64,000 bases of DNA from a virus, in the IMG/VR virus record IMGVR_UViG_3300009082_000016, positions 32,001 through 96,000 of that record; one strand, given 5' to 3'. Position 1 is the stretch's first letter, and every line of letters begins with the position of its first letter. Made by a program: the position numbers and the translations under genes. Positions 8,972 to 18,616 of the stretch are shown here, one piece after another. Below the pieces are notes generated by a model, which did no database searches, was not told where the DNA came from, and saw nothing but the letters and a program-made list of their open reading frames with translations.

Positions 8972-9939
8972 ACGACAAGACCGTCGCCGAGTGGGGCAAA
9001 CGGTGGCTCGAGCAGCAACCGAAGCCTCCACGCCTGTTCGACCTGCAGAACTACGGCCGCCTGTGCGGCATGGCCCGCAGGAAGGACAGCCCACGGCAGC
9101 TGAGCCGCGGGGCCCTGTACAACATCCGGGTCCACCTCGAGAAGGCGATCATGAACCACGTCCGCGGGCGGAAGGACCGGTTCAACGTCCTGTTCAAGGG
9201 CGACGTCTTCGGGCGCAGCTCGAAGCAGGGCGTCTCGTTCCGGCTCGGCCTCGAGAGCTGCATGCCTTCGCCACTCTGCATCGACAAGTGCTACGCCCAT
9301 GACGGGCGCGACGCGGCCCCGATGTCCGTCCAACGCGGGGCGTACAACTCGCTCATCGCGGAACTGTGGGAGAACGGGGACCGGCAGGAGCACAACCAGC
9401 TGACGTACCTGCTGGTGCCCAAGATCCGCCAGGCCGTGAAGCTGTCCCTGAAGGATGCGAGGGAGTCGCCCTTCCGCCGGTCGCCGCGCATCCGGTTCTC
9501 CCACGTCGGCGACATCGCCCGCTACCCGCGGTTCGCCAACTGGGTCGCCGGCCAGTGCCAACTGGAAGTCGCGCTGCTGAAGGACAACCGTGCGCCTCTC
9601 ACCTGCGTGACCTACACCCGGCACAAGAAGGCGAAACTGCTCGACCCCGAGAAGTGGCAGATCGTGTTCTCGATGGATGCGTCGAGCTACCCCGGCCGCT
9701 TGAACTGGATTCCGAAGAACGCGATTCACGCCTGGGCCGCTTTCGACGGAATCGCTCAGGGAGCGGGTGTGGCCAACGTGGTGTTCGCAGAGCATCACGG
9801 GGCGAGGCGCCTGCCGGCCCGCGTGCAAGCAAACTGTCCGCTGCGTCTGCTCCCGTTCATCTGTCCGTCCACCCTGAAGGGAAATCCGCACGGCTGCGAC
9901 AACAACCGCTGCGACTTCTGCTACCGGCCGTTCCCGTGA
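8968..9939 (+). CDS. GP88-like Cys-rich (radical-SAM-related) phage protein
   Basis: SCMPSPLCIDKCYA, RIRFSHVGD, TYTR, FSMD, C-terminal CP...C..C..C. Confidence 0.65.
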   Translation: MNDKTVAEWGKRWLEQQPKPPRLFDLQNYGRLCGMARRKDSPRQLSRGALYNIRVHLEKAIMNHVRGRKDRFNVLFKGDVFGRSSKQGVSFRLGLESCMPSPLCIDKCYAHDGRDAAPMSVQRGAYNSLIAELWENGDRQEHNQLTYLLVPKIRQAVKLSLKDARESPFRRSPRIRFSHVGDIARYPRFANWVAGQCQLEVALLKDNRAPLTCVTYTRHKKAKLLDPEKWQIVFSMDASSYPGRLNWIPKNAIHAWAAFDGIAQGAGVANVVFAEHHGARRLPARVQANCPLRLLPFICPSTLKGNPHGCDNNRCDFCYRPFP

Positions 9940-9953
9940 GGAAGGAGAAAGAC

Positions 9954-10739
9954 ATGGATCGGAAGTTCCTGGACCTCCTGCTGGAGGTCACCGATGAGAA
10001 GGAGCTGCTCGAGATGCACAAGATGTTGGTCGGCCGGCTCAAGGACGTCCGGCACATCGCGGACGTGGGCAGTCTCTCGAAGCTGCGGGCCATCCCGATC
10101 GGGGCCCGCGTCGAGATCCGCTGGCGCGGCAACACCACCTACCACGGCACGTACACCGGCTTGGGGCGCTCGAAGGTTAGCGCCAACATCGACGAGTTGA
10201 ACGGCCGCGGCTACCGCTTCCCGCCCAACTGGATCGTGAAGGTGCTCGACGAGAAGGAGAAGCCCGCCGTCAAGGTCCTCGCGAAGGGCAAGATGACGAT
10301 CGTCGCGCCGCCGGGTACGTCGCCCACCATGATGGAGCGCGTGGCCGAAGCCCACGCCATCTTCGATGCGGCTCAGAAGATCCAGGATGAGGCGGACCGG
10401 ATCATGCTGGGCAACACCGGGGAGCACATCGACTGGGACGCCCGGGGGAAGGAGGAGGAAGCGATCTGGGAGCGGATGAAGAAGCTCGACGAGAGCTCCA
10501 AGCCCGGCCTGCAGATCGGGCGCGTCTGCTCCTGGCCGGTCGCCGACGGCCAGGCCCACTACATCGTGACCGGCGTCGGCTCGCGGGTGCGCCTGATGCA
10601 CATCCCGCTCTGGGACGCCTACCGGAGCGACGCTGTGGACGACCGCGGCACGGCCACCCGCTCCACGGTCGAGAAGTGCCTGGGGTTCCACGACTCGATG
10701 AGCGAGCTGTTCGGGAAGAAGAAGGCGCAGGAGGGCTGA
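9954..10739 (+). CDS. Hypothetical protein with SH3-like segments
   Basis: SD AAGGAG; IGARVEI and IGRVCSW beta-barrel-like patterns. Confidence 0.7.
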   Translation: MDRKFLDLLLEVTDEKELLEMHKMLVGRLKDVRHIADVGSLSKLRAIPIGARVEIRWRGNTTYHGTYTGLGRSKVSANIDELNGRGYRFPPNWIVKVLDEKEKPAVKVLAKGKMTIVAPPGTSPTMMERVAEAHAIFDAAQKIQDEADRIMLGNTGEHIDWDARGKEEEAIWERMKKLDESSKPGLQIGRVCSWPVADGQAHYIVTGVGSRVRLMHIPLWDAYRSDAVDDRGTATRSTVEKCLGFHDSMSELFGKKKAQEG

Positions 10740-11191
10740 TGATCCAGGTCCACACCGACGGCTCGATCCAGGAGAAGAACCCGGGCGGTGTGGCCTGCTG
10801 GGGATGGATTGCGTTCGAGGACGTCGCCACTCCCCTGAGCAAGCCCTACCTCGAAAGGATCCGCATTGGGTACGGCTACGGCATCGCCTGCGAAGGCGAA
10901 GGGGCCACGAGCAACGTGGCGGAGTACCAGGCGGTCATCGAGGCGCTCACCTGGCTGGCCGAGCACTGCCCCGGCTCGCGGATCATGATCGTGTCCGATA
11001 GCCAGCTCGTGGTATACCAGCTCACCGGCAAATACGGGGTGAGCAAGGAGCACCTGAAGGCGCTCCGCGATCGAGTCCGGGGGATGATGTCGAAGTTCGC
11101 CGAAGTTCGATTCACCTGGGTGCCGCGGGAGCAGAACACCCAGGCCGACGAGCTGTCCCGGAGGGCGTACTTGGAAAGGAAGGCAGGATGA
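10739..11191 (+). CDS. rnhA: Ribonuclease HI
   Basis: TDGS...NPG, TSNVAEY, SDSQLV, WVPREQNTQADELS. Confidence 0.92.
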   Translation: MIQVHTDGSIQEKNPGGVACWGWIAFEDVATPLSKPYLERIRIGYGYGIACEGEGATSNVAEYQAVIEALTWLAEHCPGSRIMIVSDSQLVVYQLTGKYGVSKEHLKALRDRVRGMMSKFAEVRFTWVPREQNTQADELSRRAYLERKAG

Positions 11192-11610
11192 AGAAGCTCG
11201 CCCTGGAAGTGCTGATCGCCGAGATCGGGCCCAGCGTGAACCACATGTACTTCACGCTCCCGCATGGCCGCGGGAAACGCGTCCTGACGGAGGAGGGCGG
11301 CGCCTTCAAGAACGCGCTGCACACGGCCGTGACCGAAGCCTGGAAGGCGGCAGGGATGCCGTCGTTCGAGGCCAGCGCGAAGTTCGAGCTGGAAATCTGG
11401 TGCCGCTTCCCGTCGCTGTACGACAAGAAGGGGAAGCTGATCAAGATGGACGCCAGCAACCGGATCAAGGTCACGGAGGATGGCCTGATGGAGGGCCTGG
11501 GGATCGACGACCGCCAGAACTTCCGGGTCGTCATCACGAAGCTCGAAGGGCCGGCGGCCACCCTGATGCGCCTGTACGAACTGGATGAGGTGCCCCCGTG
11601 GCCGATCTGA
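11188..11610 (+). CDS. rusA: RusA-family Holliday junction resolvase
   Basis: PSVNHMY, DASNRIKVTEDGL, IDDRQ. Confidence 0.85.
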   Translation: MKKLALEVLIAEIGPSVNHMYFTLPHGRGKRVLTEEGGAFKNALHTAVTEAWKAAGMPSFEASAKFELEIWCRFPSLYDKKGKLIKMDASNRIKVTEDGLMEGLGIDDRQNFRVVITKLEGPAATLMRLYELDEVPPWPI

Positions 11611-12815
11611 ACGAGTTCAACGACACGGAGCTGCGGGCCGTGCTGCGGGAGCAGGGGCTCCGGCTCCCGTACTACGTCGAGCGGCAAACCATGGAGGACA
11701 TCCTGGCGCCTGGCCCTGCCAGTTCCGATGTCGACGTGACCCTGGAGCCGTGCCTGATCGAGAGCTGGCGCTACTACATCATGGACTGGGCCGCGAAGAA
11801 CTGGGAGGACGTCTACTACCAGGTGGAATGTCCCCTGCAACAGGACGGGTGCGTTACGTGCCCGGACTTCACGGTGGTGAGTTGCCTCGTGCATAACCGC
11901 CATGTCTTCAATCTGGAGAAGGAGGTCGAACCGATGCCGATGTCGTGGACCGCGATGATGGTGTCCCTCAACAAGAGCGAACGTACCCAGGCCGCCGCGA
12001 TTCTTCGGGAGAATGCCAAGGAGAAGCACGACGACACGAGGGCGAACCGGCTGGCCCTGATGAAGGTCGCCACCGCCGCGTTCGACCTGGCCAACGGCTT
12101 GCCGACGAAGCCGGTCACGGCCTACATGAGCCTGACCCAGGCGACGTTCCCGCCGGAGGTCAAGGGCCTGGCGGACGACGGCGCGACGTCCATCCCGGCC
12201 GTGCTGAACGCCCTCGCCGACCTGCTCGAGTCCGGCTCGACGGCGCCGGCCGCCCCGTCGAACACGGAGGAGAAGAAGCCGGAGAAGAAGGCCAAGCCGG
12301 CCGAGAAGAAGCCGGAGCCCTACTACCCGGGCGTGCAGGACGCCTCCGCCGTCACCAGCAAGAGCAGCGACGATGACGACGACGATGACGACGATGACGC
12401 CCCGGCCCCGCCGAAGCCGGTGAGCGACGACGCCCCGCTCCCGCCCAAGCAGGACGCGGCCAAGTTCGCGAAGGGACAGGAGAAGCCGAAGGCCACGCCC
12501 GCGCCGGCCGCTCCGCCCACCCCGCAGGAGCTCCAGGAGATCGCCAAGGAACCCCTGCCGAAGACGGCCCCTTCCGCCGAGATGTCGGTCCGGAAGGACT
12601 TCGTCTTCTTGTCGGCGGCCCAGATGACCGACATCCGGGACATCGTCCGGGGCGAGATTCGAGACGCCTTCGCCCTGGTCGGGGCGTCCCTGTCCGGCAT
12701 GTTCGGTATGGTGGTGGACGCGCCCGCCACGGTGTCCGAGCCTGCCCCCAAGGTGGGGAAGGGCAAGCAGGAGGAGACGATCCCCGAGATGGACGGGGAC
12801 GACGAGGACGACTGA
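11598..12815 (+). CDS. Hypothetical protein with Cys-containing N-terminus and acidic/Pro-rich C-terminus
   Basis: Long ORF with a poly-Asp tract; strong in-frame internal SD at 11919-11926. Confidence 0.75.
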   Translation: MADLNEFNDTELRAVLREQGLRLPYYVERQTMEDILAPGPASSDVDVTLEPCLIESWRYYIMDWAAKNWEDVYYQVECPLQQDGCVTCPDFTVVSCLVHNRHVFNLEKEVEPMPMSWTAMMVSLNKSERTQAAAILRENAKEKHDDTRANRLALMKVATAAFDLANGLPTKPVTAYMSLTQATFPPEVKGLADDGATSIPAVLNALADLLESGSTAPAAPSNTEEKKPEKKAKPAEKKPEPYYPGVQDASAVTSKSSDDDDDDDDDDAPAPPKPVSDDAPLPPKQDAAKFAKGQEKPKATPAPAAPPTPQELQEIAKEPLPKTAPSAEMSVRKDFVFLSAAQMTDIRDIVRGEIRDAFALVGASLSGMFGMVVDAPATVSEPAPKVGKGKQEETIPEMDGDDEDD

Positions 12816-12822
12816 CCCCAGG

Positions 12823-12852
12823 TTGACGGTCCTGCCCATTCTCCTGTATTCC
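12823..12852 (+). promoter_or_regulatory. Putative promoter TTGACG-18-TATTCC followed by a 5' GCAA-loop hairpin
   Basis: Intergenic; same 18-bp spacer as other promoters in the window, but the -10 is imperfect. Confidence 0.45.
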
Positions 12853-12931
12853 TAGAACCTCAACAGCAGTAGGGGGGGCCCTTGGGGGCAACCCCGGGGC
12901 TCCCGCTTACTGCAGGAGAAGGAGAAAGACT

Positions 12932-13732
12932 ATGGTTATCGAATGGTTGGTCGCTCTCATCATCGCCATCGCGCCGCACTGGGGACCGGGCGACTGCGAG
13001 GAGGAGGACACGGTCTGCGTCTCGCGCAACGAGGCGAAGGCCGAACGCGTCCACTCCATCGCGGAGGCGATCCTGGGAGGAAGCGAGAGGGAGAAGATCG
13101 ACGACCCCGTCCTGATCGCCTCCGTCATCGCCCGGGAATCGAGCTTCCTCACCGAGCCGTGCGAACGGGTCATTCCGCTGTCGAAAATCGTCAGCCGGAC
13201 TCCCAACCCCAATCGCGAGGGACAGGAGCACATCGAGTGGTCCTGCGGGTCCAGGACCTGTGCCCGCGATGCCATCAACGTCAGCACCGTGGGTGACAAG
13301 CTGAACTTCTGGGTCTGCTCCGCGGGCGAGCTGGGCATGATGCAGCTCCACCCGGCCGACCGCTGGGTGCGTTCGGGGATGCGGATCCCGGGGACGGACA
13401 TCACGCTCCCCCGCAGCCCTTCGGACAGGCGGGAACTCGTCCTGGACCCGGCGAACAACATCGCCCTGGGATGTGCCGAGATGGCCTCCCACCGCGAGGC
13501 GTACGTTCGGGCGCACCCGAACGACGACGAGCTCATCTGGATGGACTGGATCGGACGCTACAACAGCGGCCGGGACGGGAACACCACCTACCTGAATCGC
13601 ATCCTGGCTCAGTACCGGGTGCTCTGCAACACGGAGATTCCGAACACGATCGACGGCGTGACCACGATGGTCCCGTTGCGGGATGTCTGGGAGGGGTGCG
13701 CTGCAGTGGACGAATACCTGGCGAACGAGTGA
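12932..13732 (+). CDS. Lytic transglycosylase (SLT-like) with hydrophobic N-terminus
   Basis: VIARESSF, GMMQL, DPANNIALG, RYNSG...YLNRI. Confidence 0.8.
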   Translation: MVIEWLVALIIAIAPHWGPGDCEEEDTVCVSRNEAKAERVHSIAEAILGGSEREKIDDPVLIASVIARESSFLTEPCERVIPLSKIVSRTPNPNREGQEHIEWSCGSRTCARDAINVSTVGDKLNFWVCSAGELGMMQLHPADRWVRSGMRIPGTDITLPRSPSDRRELVLDPANNIALGCAEMASHREAYVRAHPNDDELIWMDWIGRYNSGRDGNTTYLNRILAQYRVLCNTEIPNTIDGVTTMVPLRDVWEGCAAVDEYLANE

Positions 13733-14187
13733 AGGTGACGACCCAGGAATGTGCCGGCTGCTCGGAGCAGGTCATCGCGACCCGTAGGCTCTGCTTCAAC
13801 CCCTCGGGCAAAGCCTACGTCTGCCGCAGCTGCCGGCACTGGCATCTCGGGTTCGCCTCCAAGCCCGACCTCTGCCACGCGTGCGGAGAGAAGGAGCTGT
13901 ACGAGAAGGACATGGACCGGGCGCTCTGCCCGGAATGCACGAGGAAGCTCGAGGAGGCCGACAAGATCGTGAAGGCAGGCGGGGTCTACTGGTCCTGCTC
14001 CGGCTGTCACTCGGAAGGCGTCCTCAAGCCGGACCACCCGCTGGCGAAGAAGATGCGGGCCACGTACCGCGTCCAGCCGCCCGATCCGATCGTGCTCAAC
14101 CTCGAGCACTGCCCGTTCTGCAAGGAGAAGGAGACGGAGAAGGAGAAGAAGGCGCCGGCCCACCGCGTTGACACCGCGGCGAACTGA
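13729..14187 (+). CDS. Multi zinc-ribbon protein
   Basis: Six CxxC pairs; GTGA overlap. Confidence 0.75.
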   Translation: MKVTTQECAGCSEQVIATRRLCFNPSGKAYVCRSCRHWHLGFASKPDLCHACGEKELYEKDMDRALCPECTRKLEEADKIVKAGGVYWSCSGCHSEGVLKPDHPLAKKMRATYRVQPPDPIVLNLEHCPFCKEKETEKEKKAPAHRVDTAAN

Positions 14188-14197
14188 CTGCTACCAT
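14168..14197 (+). promoter_or_regulatory. Promoter TTGACA-18-TACCAT (extended TGn), leaderless start at 14205
   Basis: Consensus -35; -10 lies 7 nt before the ATG; no SD. Confidence 0.7.
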
Positions 14198-14204
14198 CCG
14201 GCTC

Positions 14205-16055
14205 ATGGATCCCCTGTTCGCTAAGTTGGCGATCTCCTCCCACATGCTGCGAGGAGGGAAACTGCTGAAGTCCAGGGGCAAGTCCACCCCGATGCGTCTG
14301 GCGACGCTCCTGAAGAAGATGGGTGCCACTGGGCCTGCGGCACCGTCGCCGATCACGAACACGCCGGGAGCCGGGAAAGTCACCGCACCTTCCAGCAAGG
14401 GGCTCGGCGGGGCCAGCTACAAACTGACCCCGCCGCCCCCTGTTGGAGGGATGCAGCTGCAACGCAATCTTTTTGCCAAGTCGCAGAAGCCGGGCGAGTT
14501 CCACGGCAATACGACCGTCGGGACCATGAATCCGGCGGGAACGTCGGCGCAGGACCTCGGTTTGCCACCCGTGGTCGCGAGCCTGCGAATCGGGCGCATC
14601 GACAAGTTGGGCGCGGACCCGGCGCCCCTTCCGCCTCCCCCGGTTCCGCCGGTCAGCGGCAACCTTCCGCCACCGCCTGCGCCGGCGGTGCCGAACTACA
14701 TCCCGCCCGCCCCGGACGTACCGACCGCCCCTCCGCCGTCGACGAGCACCCCCTCCGGGTTCTCCGACATCCCTGGCGGGGGTGGTGGCCAGGTCTGGAC
14801 TCCGCCGACCGATTGGACGACCCCCCGTCCGTGGGGCGACCAGAGCGGATGGCAGAAGACGAAGGACATCGGCCTTCAGGCTCTCGGTGGTGCCCTCAAC
14901 CCGTTCGGCATGGGCACGACCGGCATGCTGGCAACGGCCCCCCTGATGATGATCCCCGGTGTCGGCGCACCCCTCGCGGTCGGGATGGCTTTGGGCGGCG
15001 CCGTCTGGAACCCGATCAAGAACTACATCGACCGTACGCAAGGCGGAACGGCCATCGGTCAGATCCGCAAGGATATGCCCACGACCACAGGCGAAGCGCA
15101 GAACGCCACGGGCATCGAGTCGAAAGAGCAGTTCCTCGAGCGGTACGGCAACGACCTCCCGACTGCCATGGCGGACCCCGTGCTTCGGAGCCTCGCTGTC
15201 AACTTCGGCATCGCCCCCGGGGGCTTCTCCATCTCGAACGACATCAACAAGGGCGAATGGATGGAACGCGAGGGCGGCGGCGGGGAGTGGTCCGGTGAAG
15301 CGGCCGCCTGGCAACAGGCGATGGCGGAGAAGGCGATGCAGAATCCCGAGCAGTACCCGGAACTGGCAGCCGCACTGGCGCAGAGCCAGGAGGGGAAGAC
15401 CGCGGCGCTCGTCGTCCGCAACCGCATCGCGTTCCAGCGGGCGATGCCCAAGACGGCCAGCCCGATCGCTGCGGCCCTGCGTGCGGCCCAGCGGATGCAG
15501 GAGAAGAGGGCCGACATCGCGTGCCGTCTCGATCGCGACGCGGTGCAGGAGATCCTGAAGAAGGCGGGCTTGGAGAAGCAGTCTTTCGGTCTGGTCGGCA
15601 AGGGCCTTCTCGGCCTCGGCCTCGGTGCCTACGGCCTCGGATCGGCCATCACCCCCAGCGCCCAGGAAGCACCGGGAGTCGGCGGCCTCGGTCGATTCGG
15701 ACTCGGCCTGGCCGGCCTGTACGGCGGCTACAAGATGGCCGACAAGGTCGGACTCCCCGGCTGGCTCGGCGCCATGGTCGGCGCCGGCGTCCTGCCCGGC
15801 CTCGTCGGCAGCGTGACCAGCGGCGGCCAGGGGGGCTTGATGGGTCCTGGTGGCCTCACGGGTCTCACGCAGAACCCGCTGCTCACCGGCGCCCTGGGCT
15901 ACTGGCTTGCCAACAAGTACCCGTCGATTGGCAACGCCCTGCCCGGCGGCAAGTGGGGCGGCGCGGCTCTCGGCGCTCTCCTCGGTCCCAGCCTCATGGG
16001 CGGGATGGGCAACATGATGGGCATGGGCGGCGGGATGCGCGGCCCGTACGGCTGA
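14205..16055 (+). CDS. Gly/Pro-rich putative internal virion protein with glycine-zipper segments and K-x-A motifs
   Basis: KLA, KMG, KLG, KTA x2, EKRA, KKA and EKQS punctuate Pro-rich and GxxxG blocks. Confidence 0.65.
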   Translation: MDPLFAKLAISSHMLRGGKLLKSRGKSTPMRLATLLKKMGATGPAAPSPITNTPGAGKVTAPSSKGLGGASYKLTPPPPVGGMQLQRNLFAKSQKPGEFHGNTTVGTMNPAGTSAQDLGLPPVVASLRIGRIDKLGADPAPLPPPPVPPVSGNLPPPPAPAVPNYIPPAPDVPTAPPPSTSTPSGFSDIPGGGGGQVWTPPTDWTTPRPWGDQSGWQKTKDIGLQALGGALNPFGMGTTGMLATAPLMMIPGVGAPLAVGMALGGAVWNPIKNYIDRTQGGTAIGQIRKDMPTTTGEAQNATGIESKEQFLERYGNDLPTAMADPVLRSLAVNFGIAPGGFSISNDINKGEWMEREGGGGEWSGEAAAWQQAMAEKAMQNPEQYPELAAALAQSQEGKTAALVVRNRIAFQRAMPKTASPIAAALRAAQRMQEKRADIACRLDRDAVQEILKKAGLEKQSFGLVGKGLLGLGLGAYGLGSAITPSAQEAPGVGGLGRFGLGLAGLYGGYKMADKVGLPGWLGAMVGAGVLPGLVGSVTSGGQGGLMGPGGLTGLTQNPLLTGALGYWLANKYPSIGNALPGGKWGGAALGALLGPSLMGGMGNMMGMGGGMRGPYG

Positions 16056-16089
16056 TTCCCTCTTCTTTTTTCACCCGCCAACCCTCCAG

Positions 16090-16119
16090 TTGTCCTCGGG
16101 CCTGACCCTGATGTATCCT
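16090..16119 (+). promoter_or_regulatory. Promoter TTGTCC-18-TATCCT, probable leaderless start at 16127
   Basis: -10 lies 7 nt before the ATG. Confidence 0.55.
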
Positions 16120-16126
16120 GAGGGCC

Positions 16127-16849
16127 ATGAGCGGCACTTCGACCCAGGATCTCCAGCTCTGGAACCAGTGGAACCAGGGCGGCCGCAAGCGCGGAGACCT
16201 CGAACCGCTGCTCGACAACCTCGATCCGCTCGTTCACAACGCCGTCAACCAGTACGCCGGGAAGGTGAACATCCCGTCGGAGGCCATCCAGTCGAAGGCG
16301 GAAGACCTCGCGATCAAGGGGATCAAGTCCTTCAACCCCGGGAAGGCCCAGCTGTCCACGCACGTCGCCTGGCAGCTGCGCGGCCTCAACCGCTTCGTGA
16401 CGACCTACCAGAACCCGGCCCGCATCCCGCAGCACCAGACCCACAAGATCCAGGCGCTGATCACGACGCGGGACCGGATGACCTCCGCGATGGGGCGGCC
16501 GCCGACCGACTACGCGCTGGCGAGAAAGCTGCACTGGACGCCGCGGCAGGTGGGCTCGCTCCAGAAGGGGCTCTCCCGCCGAGTGCTCGACCCGGAGATG
16601 TTCAAGCTGCGCGACCCGCGCTCGTTCTCGCCGTCCCGCTTCAAGGAGGTCATGCAGCTGTTGCCCTCCGAGCTCGGGCCGCGGGAGAAGTTCGTGTTCA
16701 AAGCTACGTACGGGATCGGCCGCCAGAAACCGCTGTCGGCGTCCCAGATGGCAAAAAAGTTGCGGACGTCGCAGGCGACGATCTCCCGCACGCGAAAGCG
16801 GGTCGCCGGCATCATCGCCCGCTACATGAACGTCGGAGGTGAACGATGA
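16127..16849 (+). CDS. Sigma-70 family RNA polymerase sigma factor (group 3-like)
   Basis: Region 2 IKSFNPGKAQLSTHVAWQLR, region 3 MGRPPTDYALA, region 4 REKFVF...HTH SQATISR. Confidence 0.8.
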   Translation: MSGTSTQDLQLWNQWNQGGRKRGDLEPLLDNLDPLVHNAVNQYAGKVNIPSEAIQSKAEDLAIKGIKSFNPGKAQLSTHVAWQLRGLNRFVTTYQNPARIPQHQTHKIQALITTRDRMTSAMGRPPTDYALARKLHWTPRQVGSLQKGLSRRVLDPEMFKLRDPRSFSPSRFKEVMQLLPSELGPREKFVFKATYGIGRQKPLSASQMAKKLRTSQATISRTRKRVAGIIARYMNVGGER

Positions 16850-17481
16850 ACCTGGTGCGCCAAGTGGAGATCGCGTCCTTCTGTGGAGCGATGGAGAAGT
16901 GGGCGCAGGACCAGGGGTTCAGCGGCACGCTCGCGGACCTCATGAAGCCGGTCGTGTACGGGATCGGTGGCTACGCCGCGTCCCGCGCCCTCGGCGGCGA
17001 GCGTGCGACGGGCATCCCGGACTATCTGCTCGGCCCCGCGCTCGGTGTCGGCGCCGCCATGCCAGCTATGGGCGCCATCGGCCGCAGCATCAGCAACTAC
17101 CGGGCCCGCAAGCAGATGGCCCATCTCGATGCCCAGCAGCAAGCCCAGCTCGAACAGGCACTCGCCCGGGAGCAGGAACTCCAGGCCCAGATGCAGGCCC
17201 CGTCCCAGGACATGCTGAACCAGCTGGCCGCCTACCAGATGGGCGTGCCGCCGGACGCGATGATGGGCCAGAAGATGGGCCAGCTGCGCGTCCCGGCCCA
17301 GCAAGCTGACCAGATCGCGACCAACGCGCAGCAGCAGTACATGCAGGGCCAGCAGCAGCAGATGCAACAGCAGATGCAGCAGGCCGCGATCGCCCAGCAG
17401 ATCAAGGGCCAGTTCCGCGGCCTCCAGCAGAACCAGGCGCGTCAGGCGCGTCAGCAGCCGCAGCAGGGAGCCGGCCGGTGA
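16846..17481 (+). CDS. Glycine-zipper/Gln-rich protein with N-terminal MEKWA leader
   Basis: ATGA overlap; hydrophobic GxxxG segments followed by a Q-rich tail. Confidence 0.7.
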   Translation: MNLVRQVEIASFCGAMEKWAQDQGFSGTLADLMKPVVYGIGGYAASRALGGERATGIPDYLLGPALGVGAAMPAMGAIGRSISNYRARKQMAHLDAQQQAQLEQALAREQELQAQMQAPSQDMLNQLAAYQMGVPPDAMMGQKMGQLRVPAQQADQIATNAQQQYMQGQQQQMQQQMQQAAIAQQIKGQFRGLQQNQARQARQQPQQGAGR

Positions 17482-17672
17482 ACGAGAAGCTCACCAAGCT
17501 CAAGGAAGCCGTCACCGCCTGGCACAGCACGGCGAAGAAGGAGCTGGAGTCGGAAGCGGCATTCCTCGAGAAGGTGCAGGCCAGCGGGGATGACGTCCAC
17601 ATCTCCCGGTACACGACCGGGGCGTCGTACTCCGACCTCATCGCCGACACGATCGCGGAGCTGACGGCATGA
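17478..17672 (+). CDS. Small hypothetical protein
   Basis: Start and stop overlap neighbouring genes on both sides. Confidence 0.7.
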   Translation: MNEKLTKLKEAVTAWHSTAKKELESEAAFLEKVQASGDDVHISRYTTGASYSDLIADTIAELTA

Positions 17673-18616
17673 ACTTCGAGATCACCAGGGTTCGAACCGA
17701 TCTCCTGTTGTACGCCCAGGACGTTGCCACCCTGCTGACGCTCTACACGCACATCCGGATCGACCGCGCGATGTCCGGCGGCGGCCCGTGGTCACCGCTC
17801 ACGGACACGACCGCAAAGCCGGCGTCCACCCGCTGCCGGAAGGACGGGCCGTACGCCATCAGCGGGAAGTACCTGAACCTCACGCTGCCGGACGGGACGC
17901 TGTTCAGCCACATCTTCACGACGCCGGACCCGGTGTCGGCGACGGACGCGATGACGGAGCTCAACGGGGCGTCCGCCCAGCTCGACTGCGTGGTCGACGG
18001 GGACACGCTCGTGCTCCGCACGCTCGACACGGGCACCGACGCCTGCCTGAAGGTGGATGGCGGGGACGCCTGCGTGAACCTGGGTGTCGCGCTCAACGAC
18101 ACCGCGTTCGGCCTCGCCGGCGACGTCCTGCTGGTCGCGGGCCAGGTGATCTACCCGTTCACCGACGAGAACGGCGATTCGGACTGGTCGTACCGCTACC
18201 GCTTCATCAACGCTGCGCCGCCGCGGGAGTCGGAGCCGCTGTTCTCGTACCCAGGTACGGAACTCAGCCTGGACCTCGACCTGCTCGCCGTCGGTCACGC
18301 CCACGCGGTCGACACCGACGGCCGGGCTGCAGCGGGCGCCATCGCTCATGTCGGCAACCGCTACGTCCCGCCCTCCGTCTCCGGAAGGCTGGTGATCGGC
18401 GGCCAGTCGAAGGTGATCGACCGACACGGCGACGTCTGGTTCCCGCTGGTGCGGGGGGCGCAGATCGAGTTCTGGATCGCCGGGACCCCGCTCCACCGCA
18501 TCATCGAGGTGCCCGACGCGGCCGAGTTCGACATGCTCGACCCCAGCCTGGTACGCGACGATCCGTGGGGCATCGTCGTGCCCCCCTACACCGGACTCCC
18601 GAGGACGACGCCATGA
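17669..18616 (+). CDS. Putative virion structural protein (beta-rich)
   Basis: C-terminal domain resembles part of 40404..41303. Confidence 0.6.
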   Translation: MNFEITRVRTDLLLYAQDVATLLTLYTHIRIDRAMSGGGPWSPLTDTTAKPASTRCRKDGPYAISGKYLNLTLPDGTLFSHIFTTPDPVSATDAMTELNGASAQLDCVVDGDTLVLRTLDTGTDACLKVDGGDACVNLGVALNDTAFGLAGDVLLVAGQVIYPFTDENGDSDWSYRYRFINAAPPRESEPLFSYPGTELSLDLDLLAVGHAHAVDTDGRAAAGAIAHVGNRYVPPSVSGRLVIGGQSKVIDRHGDVWFPLVRGAQIEFWIAGTPLHRIIEVPDAAEFDMLDPSLVRDDPWGIVVPPYTGLPRTTP

